The position numbers and the translations under genes are program-made. DNA of 64,000 nt, taken from positions 56,794,001 through 56,858,000 of the forward strand of contig NC_087436.1 in assembly GCF_036321535.1 (NCBI RefSeq), read 5' to 3'. Source of the DNA: Camelus dromedarius. Its lineage: Eukaryota. The number at the start of each line of letters is the position of its first letter. Positions within the stretch are counted from its first letter, which is position 1. Below the pieces are notes generated by a model, which ran no database searches, had not been told where the DNA came from, and saw nothing but the letters and a program-made list of their open reading frames with translations. Shown piece by piece: positions 53,333-64,000 of the stretch.

Positions 53333-54953
53333 CTATGTAAAATAAAAATAAACATACACAAAAACACGCCAAATACATGCAAAATAGATCCACTGAAAAG
53401 AACACACAGCTCATTTTTTAAAACACAAACACAATGTTAGCAGGCCAAACTTCACATGTTTCCAGATAAAAACAATGAGTTCATATAACATAGCATGCAT
53501 GCTAACTGGTCCCAACAAGCATAACACAGATGCACATATTGAGTGCATATATATATATTTTATATAAAAATGAAAGGAGTTCAAAATATTTAGGAAATAG
53601 AGCAGGAAAGTTATCAAAAAGCCAAAAGGCCAACGTAAGTCCCAATTCAGACATATTCCAAAGGAAAATTTTTTAAATACCCTACAATAAACAAAACATC
53701 ACTAACCAAAATGTTTATTTTAAAATATCCAGAGTCTCAATTATAATTCCATCTTTCAAACATGCTTAATTACTCTCCAGAGTATAATTATTTGATTCAT
53801 GCAGAAGTAGCAGCATATTTCTAACTCTTGAATTTAAAAAAAAGGAATGTTCATTTTCATCTAACTCAGAAATCTGCACATTCTAATTAGTTATTTTGAA
53901 TCAAGAAATTTCTTCTTAAAAAAAACTCAACAAAAAAAGCAAACAAATGAAAAAAACAAAATCAATCCTTTTCTTTTCCTGTAATCTCATTTCTCTCTCT
54001 TGTTTTGAAATATCACTAAAAATGGAATAAAATTCTTCCCTTTCCAAAATAAATATTTAGTAATAGTTACATGAAGGAAACACCAAAGATCTCAGATGTT
54101 TCTTCACTGCTATCAGCCAAACAAAAAATAACTAGTAAGAAAAATCAAGTCCTCCTAAAATTAACAGAATTTGCATTTGCAAACCCCTATCCCAAAGCAA
54201 GTGTAAAGTTTAAAAATACAACTGAAGCTTCCATGATATTCAAAAATCAGTTTCTACCATCCCAAAAGAAAACCAATCAAATTCTTTAAAAAGTATACAA
54301 TGGTGGCTCTATTACAGTTAATCTGAGGGGGAAAAAAAGATAATCTAAATTAATCTTGCAGAAATAATAAGGTAATTGAGAGGATAAAGTAGCTTAATGC
54401 CTCAATGTATCAATATAAGTAATTCAATGGAAAGGCACAAGTAAAATTAAGGGGAAAACCCCAAAAAGCATAAACCAGATGTATATGAAAAATGGCTTGG
54501 AACAATTTGAGGTTATATTTGAGGGAAAAAAGGGTACCTGCCAATAACCTAATCCAAGAATACTCTGCAAATGTAATTTAAAAATTTATTAACACTATTA
54601 ATAAAATGTTATTAAAGGCTTATTGTAATATTCATTTTTGGTAACCACTTATTTATTCTCTTTAGAATATGTAAATAAAGCCAGGCAAATCAAAAGTGAA
54701 TGTAAGAAATTCGGATATAAGTTACTGATAATATACAACCTAGGAAATATATTTAAATAATTTAGGCATAATTACAGATGATAATTCTGTATGGATTGAT
54801 TTCCACTTTCCCAGTTGTCTTTAAAGGAAAACTGTGAGGAAAACTGTACTGAAACTATGAACTGTCAGTATGGCCTGAGATAGGGATGGAAGCCACAGTG
54901 GTTCAAGAGGGACAATCAAATGGTACCTCAGTGATGCTAGACTAGAAACACAC

Positions 54954-54996
54954 CTTTTGAACAGGAACCGGCTCTGGCTTGGGTATAGCAGATGCT
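54954..54996 (-). CDS. PDLIM5: PDLIM5 coding exon (43 nt), immediately after the PDZ domain: (R)ASAIPKPEPVPVQK
   Basis: Minus strand reads ctcctctcag|AGCATCTGCTATACCCAAGCCAGAGCCGGTTCCTGTTCAAAAG|gtgtgt. The peptide matches remembered PDLIM5 ASAAPKPEPVPVQK. Ends in phase 0. Confidence 0.95.
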
Positions 54997-55724
54997 CTGA
55001 GAGGAGAAGAAAGAAAGAAAGGAAAAAAAAAAAAAACATAAATTGTTACAAACTTCTTATTAATGGAATTTTATTACTATATACCTTAATATACCAGATC
55101 ATCAGAATTTATGGTTTTGTAATTCATGGTTTTGACCATTCACAGTTTACTAACTGGTTCATGCAACTAAATGCTGCAAGACCCAATACCTCACACACTA
55201 GGCATTCATTAGTTCTCTACACACTCAAATAAGGAAAGACAAACACCAATCTTGTGTGCTAATGTACCAGTGTTTAATCTTTAAATTAAGGCTATTCCCT
55301 ATCAAACAGGGTAAAGAAAAATAAACATGACTTTCTGACCCTTGAGTGGTTCTTGAAACAAATCATCTGCATCTCTATCTCCAATGGTATCTGCCTTTTC
55401 TGCTTTTTCAATCCCCTATGAAGATGCCCACAGGGCATTGGGTCTCTGTGAAAATACTGAATCAATTCTGGGTGAGCTGGGTCACAAAATGAGCATTTAT
55501 TTTGTATTTATATCCTTAAGTGTAAATTAATGTATCTGTTCTACTAAAACCAAACTGTAAGCTCTTCCACTAGGCTAAACTTTCAGTGATAGCAATGACC
55601 ATGCCCCATTTGTGTCTCTATATCAGCCCTGTGTCTGGCCTGGAACAGGTCATCAGTATTGAGTGTGGGAGGGAGAGAACAAGGAAAGAAGGATAAAAAA
55701 ACATGCACAGAACTATTCCCAAAT

Positions 55725-55827
55725 TCAAATTTATTACTATATTTTAACTGAAGTATAGTCAGTTACAATAAATTTCCAGTGTACAGCATAAGGTCCCAGT
55801 CATGCACATGTACACTCAAATTTATTA
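55725..55827 (-). mobile_element. ~80-bp L1 3'-tail insertion with 12-bp TSD
   Basis: TCAAATTTATTA at 55725-55736 and 55816-55827, flanking TGAAGTATAGTCAGTTACAAT...GTGTACAGCAT. Confidence 0.7.
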
Positions 55828-57849
55828 TTTTTAATATATGCTTTTTTGTATATTACTGTCCCTTTATTTAGCATGGACTGATAGTAACAATAACTGATTC
55901 AGAGCAATTATCTCTTATAATCATGACAACTAACCAAAGTAGCAACTATCATTTTTCCCACTTTTCATATGAGGAACTTCAGTTAAAGTAAATTACTTAC
56001 CAGACTGGGGCTAAAGCCAACAGTTCTTACTTATTACAATACACTGGCTGTAGTCAAGGATAGTAACCAAATGATCAGAAAACTCTGAATGCTTTAAAGG
56101 CTATTTCCCCAGTATTAGAGTATATGCTATGTTTAACAATGCAGGAAGCAGCCTGACTCTTACACCACACGAGCCTGAGAATTAGACAGCAAGTGCAGAA
56201 TTCAAAAAATGTAACAACAGCAGGTAAATAATGTGATCATTTTAAGCTGCAACCATGAGATGCTTTTTACTTACAGAGATGCAAACACAGGATATTTGGT
56301 CTCTATAATCATAACCTAGTAGTGAACTCTGATCAACATTTTTTAGCAGCAACTGAATTTTCCAGTAACAACTAATTTGGTTAGCCAGGGCAATCACTGA
56401 CTGAATAACTGGCTAACCTAATGAGAGGCCACAATAGATGCTAACATTCAGTTACTGCAGTGCAGAATAATACTGTGCAGTTGCACAACTTTCCATGTGC
56501 ACTCTCAAACAATCTCTCTTATAGCTTATAGAGTTATTATAACAAACAAATGAAACAAGTTTAAGTACAGAAAAGTGGAATCCTCCTTTCACTGAAATTT
56601 CACAGTAAGATGTAATCACAAAGGATCTACTTATTAAAACCACACAGGACATTGTTGAAAATTTGCCATAATTGAGAGGACAATATCCTTTTTTATCTGG
56701 ACACTTCCAGGTGCGTGGGGCTCTTTTAGCAATACAAAAACGATTAATAAAAAAGATGATGTTTAAATGGTCACTAGGTTTTCAAACAGAATAAAACGCA
56801 TATATTCTGTGTCTATGAAGACAAACTCCTTCGTTTTTTCTAGGTGTTAGTTCTTATTTAAACAGTGTTAGCAACAACAACAAAAGTCCCAGAATGGTTA
56901 GTTTTCATTAACTTTGGAGTCTGACCTCTTAGTGTGTTGAGAGTGCACAGAATAACAATCAGTCTTAACATATTTTATGGATTGAAAGTTATACAAAAAT
57001 ACATCTTCAAATTTTGAATTCACCAAAAAATGTAAAACTGAATTATGAATGTTTGCCCTGCTTGCCTTCTGATAAAGCTCACAAGTGCAATGACCTGAAC
57101 TAAGAAATGCAGTCAAAGACAAGACAGGCAACAATGCCCTCAAAGTCCCAGGATTGAGTCCGTTACACAGTGAAAACACAAGCTTCATTTTGCAGAGGAA
57201 AATAAAAGACTGGCTCATAATTAAATGTCAAATGAAAGAGTTGACACTAGATGCAAAAAAAATTAGTTCTGTTGGTTTAAACATTTAAATAACTACCAAA
57301 TGAGTCACAGAATCATTAAAACACAGAAGATCCCTTAGAGTTACTCTATGACATATCAATCAGGTACACATCTGACCTCAATATTTATAGGCGCTCACAG
57401 TTTAAGCCATGTAATTGTTGAACTCTTTTGTTAAAAATAGCCTTCATTTTAATGTGTTATTTTGTTTTGGGGGATAAACGGAAGTCAACCTGTCCACATT
57501 AAAAATATTTGGAAAAACATGTTTAACATGCAGAATATGTAAATAAAATCTATAACATACATTTGTTACATTTTAAAAGATCAGTAGGGTACATAAGATT
57601 TATACTTAAGTGTGATTACACATTCTTATGATACCATCATGGTTTGGGAGATATAAAATACATGACAAATGAAATCTGAAAACTAATGAATAGCAGTTAA
57701 CACTAATTTTTTTAAAATCAAACTTAACTAATTATCACAGGACAACAAAATAAAAGATACATCATCTTTCATTTTCAAATGTGTAGTTTTAAAAAATGTT
57801 AATACATAATGCTTGTAAGAATACTCGATATGTTGCTTGAAGAACTATG

Positions 57850-58345
57850 TATTATTACCATTCTTTCGGAAAATAATTTGGCATTTATTTGTAAAAAGCC
57901 TTGAAGAAAGCTCATGCCCTTTGACTTATTAAATCAACATCTAGGAATCTATCATAGAAATAATCTGAAATAAGGAAAGGACTTTATGTATAAAGATATT
58001 CATTCCCTATAGTAAAACTCGTAATAGTGAAAAATAGGAAACAAGTGATTAAATATACAAATGAGAAAATGGTTAACTGTAATATAACCACATGATGAAA
58101 CACTTTGCAATGATTAAAACCATTTTTAGAAAAAATTCTGACTATATGACAACATGCTTCTGATTGTATAATGTTAAGTGAAAAAAGGAAAATATAAAAT
58201 AGCATATGCAGCATGATCAATGCATGGAAAAAAGTGGATGGAAACACATCAACATTTTAGCAGAGGCTCTCTATGAATATTTATTTTTTCTCTTTTGTGT
58301 GTTTTCCATATTTTATGCACTGTACATGTGCCACTTTTAAAAAAT
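57850..58345 (+). mobile_element. Very old L1M (L1MC/ME-like) 3' fragment
   Basis: Degenerate TGCCCTTTGAC...CTAGGAATCTATC...AATGGTTAA...ATGTTAAGTGAAAAAAG pattern. Confidence 0.55.
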
Positions 58346-60939
58346 TAAGACTATTTCTCAAAGCATGCTTTGGAGAAAACTACTTCCCAAAACACAAAAC
58401 CAAAAAAAAACAAAGGTTCTGTTATCAAAGATATCTAGAAAACTTGAAGTTAAAGTTACATAAGCATTTTAGCCACAGGACTACTCAAAGCCTTCAAATG
58501 TCTAAAAAAGAAAATACTGTGGTCCACATCCATTTGAAGTGTAGAATATTCATTTTTGGAATTCATTTTTAGAATCTTCATTTTCTTAGGAAACCTTTCA
58601 TAGGATTGGAGTTAGGAAGGGGAAAAACCCTCTAGGAAATGTTTTGAAGAAACAGTAAAGACAGTAAATCTCTGCCAGTCTGAAAAACTTACTTAAGTCT
58701 CCTCCAGGTGGCTAAAATTAAGGGCAAGAAACATTACAATCCATAAAATCCTCAGAACCTTTTGTTACACAGAATATCTTTCTTATCAAACTAGTGCTTT
58801 CCTGAACTTTGTTAAGTAAGATACCCAAAGACTCTGAGCCTAACTTAATGTTTTAGGGGGAAAATCTCATTTCCTTCACCAAAGTGAAATATACATTTCC
58901 TATATTCCTGGAGGAGAAAAGGAAACGAATAAGGAAAAATGAATAAAGAAAAATAGTTTTCAAAGTTAAAATTTTTATGGTTGCCTTTCTTTTTTTAGAA
59001 CAATATTATATTGAGCCTCTGCTCCTTTACTTTAGAAATGTCACAGATTACATAAAAGCAAATAATTTTGTAAAGACTTAAACAGTTTTTAAAGTGATGT
59101 ATAGTTATTAAAAATCATTCTGACATTTTTCTCTTCAAATCCTGGGAAATATGCAATGGGATAATATATCTATCTGCCTTTCAACCACAGTGATCATCAC
59201 AAATCACTTTTGTGAAGTACATGTTTCAAGCCAGCAGAGATCCTGGCAATGGCTCGGTGCCATGGGCTCAACAATCTGCTTACTGTTCTCCCTTCCCTGA
59301 GTGTGCAGCCACTGTACAGGAGAAAGCATGACGGTGAGAGACTAGTGCCTTGGGCCCAGCACTGTCCTCGGCTCATGAAATTCAGAGAACAAAATCATCA
59401 ATGTGGCTACAACAACCTATTTTGAAAGTTGATCGATTTTTATAAGAGCAGTATCCAAAATAAAAATCTGTGATGCATTACAACCAGTTTCAGAACTTCC
59501 GGCTGTACAGCTGAAAGGATTATATTTATAATCTAAGTTATAAGGGATTGTATTAGAAACTAGAATTGTGATGCCCTGGTTAGAATAACGTGCAGGAAAA
59601 ACAAAGCCATAAATACGCAACAGCGTTATTAAAGATCAGATTCAAGGGAATCATAAAAAAACTGCATCATATGAACACTCAATGAATTTTTCTCAATACT
59701 GTTTTATAAAAACATGTTTTTAATTAATTAAGTAGCCAATGAATGTTCACATTAGTGTTTAAGAATGAGGAATTATGCAACAAAACTGGACTGATAAAAG
59801 TTACTCACATTACTCATTATGTCTTGGTGACGCCTTCAACCATATCTAATATAGTTAAACTCATAAACAATCACACAGAAAAGAGGAGGATTTTTAGTTC
59901 ATCTTCCGTGAGATGAGCTCCATCTAAGTTTCCCACAGCACAGCCATCTTTGGGCTCACTGACCTCAGGACCCATAAACACTGGGATACATCATTAATCA
60001 CTTTAATTGCAAAGTTGTCAATTTGCAATAACAAAGCAACTCCAGAAGGCAAAAAGGAGCACTCGAGTGTGCAGAGGGATGTCTCTTTAAACAATTTTCC
60101 CATATTTAATTTTACTTTCAGTCAGTCGACTTTCCTAAAAACTCAAACCCTAAATATTTAAATCACTTAAAGCAATGCATCAGTGGTTTTTTCTAAATGA
60201 TTTGAGAACATGTAAAGGTTATATTATCTATAAACAAAAGTACAAAATAATTCTATCTCAGCATAACTAACCTTTTAACTTATAAAAGATTATACTCCAC
60301 CACACACACATGCATTCATACATACAGTCTCATTTTCTTTCCCTCTCTTTGATTTTCTGTCTTACCATGGGAACTAAATAAAGTCTATTTTTTTTCTCTA
60401 GAGAGGAAGAAATAACCCAAAGCTGGACAGACTTTGAAGAGCCAGAGAAAGAAGGTAAAAAGAAGCAAGGGAATTGTTCTAGTCCATCTGAGTACCTGGG
60501 ACTCCCTCTGCTTGAGGTCGTCCTGAAATTGGGTGTGGCTCTGATAAATCCAGAACAGGCAGTTACTGGTAGATAATTACTTCCCTAGGTAAAGGGGAAA
60601 GGGCTTCTGTTGTAAAGATCTTCTTCAGGTAGTTACAGGAGTTCTGATGGGGCTTGAGAAGAAATTTTCAGCGACCAGTCGACCAGTCGGAAATCAAGCA
60701 GGAGAGAGCAGGAACGAGCGGGAGAGGGAGGGAAGAAGGAAGGACTTATGCTGAGCTTCCCTGGCCCACATGGTTACACTAATTTCAAGGAGGGAAAAAA
60801 AGGAGGGTGTGGGGAGAGAAGGGAGCATTAGGCTAAATTTATTATTCTCCATTTCTGATTATATACTGTTATAATCAAATTATCTGCCAGGGTAAGTTTC
60901 AAGGGAAAACAACAACAAAATAGAAATTAATGAGAAGAT

Positions 60940-61160
60940 ATCACTTATTGAGTACATACCAAATGCCAATAATTTTGCTTGACCCATTACATAAATTATC
61001 TCATTTATTCTTCCTGGGAAAGGAGTATTTTTTGCATTTTAACTACAGGAAGCAGATGCTCAAATAGGTTAAATAATTTGACCACAACTTAGAATTAGAA
61101 AATGGCAGCGCCAAGACTTGAACCCAAGATGCTTTAAATGCAACTCTAACACTCTGCCTT
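60940..61160 (-). mobile_element. MIR SINE
   Basis: CACTTATTGAG...ATTATCTCATTTA...GGAAGCAGATGCTCAAATAGGTTAAATAATTTG...GACTTGAACCCAAG. Confidence 0.6.
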
Positions 61161-61574
61161 CTTGGAGTAATATCAAAGTGAAAGTCACAGAAATAACTGT
61201 GGCAAAAACTTCAGTGAGAAACGCTTTCAAACAATGAATAACTATTAACTTTCTATTAACTAATAACTACTCTTTTTTAATCATGTTATTTATAGAATGT
61301 CATTTTTGGTTTAACTTATGTAAAATCAGGAGTTACTCACGGTAATGCATACATATATGCATATGTTTGTAGTTAACACATAGATATACAGAGATCTAAG
61401 CAGGTATCTATCTACCTATTTGATTCTCGATCTATAGAAAGTACATATTTTACAGCTTGAACTACCCCATAAATAAGAGTTTAAGTTCTTCAGAAAATTC
61501 TCAGTTAAAAGTTTTATAAACATACAAAAACAAAGAAGTAAGTGCCTTCAGTTCATTCTTCCTTATTTTTCCAG

Positions 61575-62043
61575 AGAAGAGAAATATTTTTCCCATAATA
61601 ACAGGAATTCCCTAATAACTTTATTTTTCAGCAGGACAGGGCACCTATGGTGCTAAAGTGGGTGTTTTGATCAAAGCAGCAATCAGCTTCTGAAGTCAGT
61701 GGCCATGCAGGTCCCAAGATACCACATTATGTGATCTTCTTCTGGGTACATGTCAAGAACCTTGTGTTTGTATCTCCTCACTGGTGATCTTGAAAAAATA
61801 AAGGAACTGGCATCATAATCCCCATTACAACTATCAATGGTTATATGCTGCCAATAATCCAGAGAATAAGACTGCTGGTCTGATGTATGCCCTGTGACAC
61901 AGAGGTGGACACTGAGCATGTGAGATTACAGAAATAACCATGATGTATCCTTTAAAATTTGGTTTAGCTACATATATTCATATACACCTAGTCACGGAAT
62001 AATACATTTTTATAGTGTTCAGTTACTTGTGAATCAGCTTATA
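61575..62043 (+). mobile_element. Ancient decayed Tc1/mariner-superfamily transposon (transposase C-terminal half plus probable 3' TIR)
   Basis: Frameshifted peptides FIFQQDRAP (61620-61646), WPCRSQDTTLCD (61700-61735), FFWVHVKNLVFVSP, DLEKIKE and DVCPVT/RGGH/EHV, in the expected order. Confidence 0.75.
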
Positions 62044-62289
62044 CTTTTATAAACAAGCAAACAAACACACACACCCTTTTTTAACAGAATCTAACTTCTG
62101 TTAACCCTCCAGGTGTGTTATAATTAGTATGGGCTTCTCAATTACCTTAAATTATTTTAACCAAGCGCCTTCTCATTCCTGACCAACATGTATTATACCT
62201 AGTATATGTATTATATGTCACTTCAAGTTTGAGGGCAACACCTGTGCTATAGCTTTTCCTTAAATTAATTTATTCCATTAATTTACTAA

Positions 62290-62740
62290 TTAATTACACA
62301 AATATTTGTTGAGCCCCTAACATAGCAGACTCTGCCACAGGAGGTGGGGCAACAGTAATGAATAATACAGACAAGAATCCCTATCTTGAAGGTGCTTACA
62401 TTCTATTTGGAAGAGGCGGACTAAAAACAAACAAGCAAAGTATGTCACATGGTAATGAGTGCAGTGGAGTATAATAAAGCAAACAGGGGCAAGGATACAT
62501 TATTTTATATAAAGGAGTCAGAGAAAGCCTCTAAAAGATGAGAGCTGAGCAGAGACTTGAAGTAGAACATTCCAGGCAGACCAAATAGCAAGTGTGAAGT
62601 CTTGGAGGCAAGAATGTTCCAGTGGGGCTAGAATGGGACTGAAAGCTGGGAGGACAATGAGAGATGAAGCCGGAGAGCTAACTGGGAGCCAGAGCATATA
62701 AGCTACTTCATGCCACTATCAGGACCTTGTCTTTCACTCC
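62290..62740 (-). mobile_element. L2 fragment
   Basis: CAAATATTTGTTGAGCCCCTA...ACAGACAAGAATCCCT...GAGCAGAGACTTGAA...CATTCCAGGCAGA. Confidence 0.65.
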
Positions 62741-64000
62741 TCTAATTGGGACAGAAATGTATTCCTAAACACAGTACTTCATTTTGTAAGAAAGTTAAAT
62801 CAAATTAAAGAAGAGTAAATCTAAATACAGCGTCGAACAATAAATTAGCCCATACATATGTATAAACTGTATGAGCCTACTTACTATAAAGGGGAAGAGA
62901 TGGACTAAAAATTGCCCCAAATCTTAAATATACCAAGACAAACAATACAAATGGAAAACAGCGGAATATCTTATTTGTTCTTGAAACATCCAAAGTATAA
63001 GATAATTCTGTTTGAGGTTCACTCTTACATGCTCTCTGTCCTACGCTAATACTGGAGGCACAATTTTGCCTCTAATTTCTTTCAGATACATCTTTCTATT
63101 CTTGTCTAGGCTAAACACATTAAGTTGCAAACTTTTTTGGTAAAGTGGGTATTTTTAGGTATTTCAATAAAATTCAAGGGGACAGGCATTCCAACATTTA
63201 GCACAGCCTTATTAGGAAAGCAAAGTCAGTCTGCTGTCTTGTGAAAAGCACAGAAATGAAAACTTCTCATTCTTTATAGTCTAAACTTAGGTTTTTCCAT
63301 TCATTTAACACTTAAAAATAATTTGAGGGTGGGTTTGAGTTTTTTAAAAAAATCTAGTGGTACTCAGAGTCTAGGAATTCAAAAGTTAATGATCAAATGT
63401 GACTATTTTAGCCACAGATAAGCCAGGTTTATCCCTGTTTAATAACTTTAAGATGAGCCATAAAGTTCATTTATCAGTTCAGAAGTAGAATCTTGTCCAA
63501 CATCCTCATCACTGAATCTTATTAAATTAGTTCAAAGTATTCTATATGATAATAACATCTAAATATGAAAAAGAAAAATTTTAAACCAGTAAGTATTCAA
63601 GTATTTATTCATTTTTTTAAAGTTCTTACATTATTTGTGATTAACCACATTTACACTATCATAGAGGAAGGACTGAAACATATTCAACTGTTTCTTTTAT
63701 TTATTGAGAAACATTATTTCTGTTTACAGAAACTAAAACTTATTTATAAAAAGACGGTATTGCTTTTATTTCTGACTGATAATTTAATTAATTTATTTGT
63801 AAAATTTAAGCTATGTTAGAAATCCAAAGCTTCCCAAGGTTTTTTTTGTAAACAAAGAAACAATATAAAACATTATAAATTATGTTCTCTAATACCTCTG
63901 TCATTACAGAAAAGAAAATCTGAAACTGTAGCAAATTAGAAATGCATTCTGCCTATTTTACCAAAAGGTAAGCATATTATCCTAAGAGAATTAGTTCCCT

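Noticed and set aside
54997..64000. PDZ-domain exons or a promoter/CpG island
   Set aside because: No PDZ-coding sequence or CpG island is visible. The region reads as intron.

Overview
This is AT-rich mammalian genomic DNA, probably from a camelid, judged from a tRNA-Ala-derived Vic-1-like SINE and a young L1. The whole window lies inside PDLIM5 (ENH) on the minus strand. I can place 12 exons with AG/GT boundaries and consistent phases. In transcript order they are: a 43-nt exon; a 419-nt exon with an in-frame internal acceptor; three microexons (17, 15 and 18 nt); a 173-nt ZM-region exon; a 37-nt exon; the alternative last exon of the LIM-less short isoforms; three phase-2 cassette exons (117, 138-141 and 132 nt); and a 188-nt exon. 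The PDZ and LIM exons lie outside the window. The introns hold a young L1 with an 18-bp TSD, MLT1/MER68 LTRs, Tigger and MER58 DNA elements, L2/MIR relics, a SUMO2 3'-UTR retrocopy, a ~204-bp local duplication and a decayed Tc1/mariner transposase. I found no convincing new biological system. The best leads are a candidate extra exon at 51.7-51.9 kb, stop-codon-enforced exon choice, an apparently shifted acceptor on a cassette exon, the retrocopy with an inactivated poly(A) signal, and the transposase fossil. Gene and repeat names come from remembered sequences, not database searches. Repeat edges are approximate.
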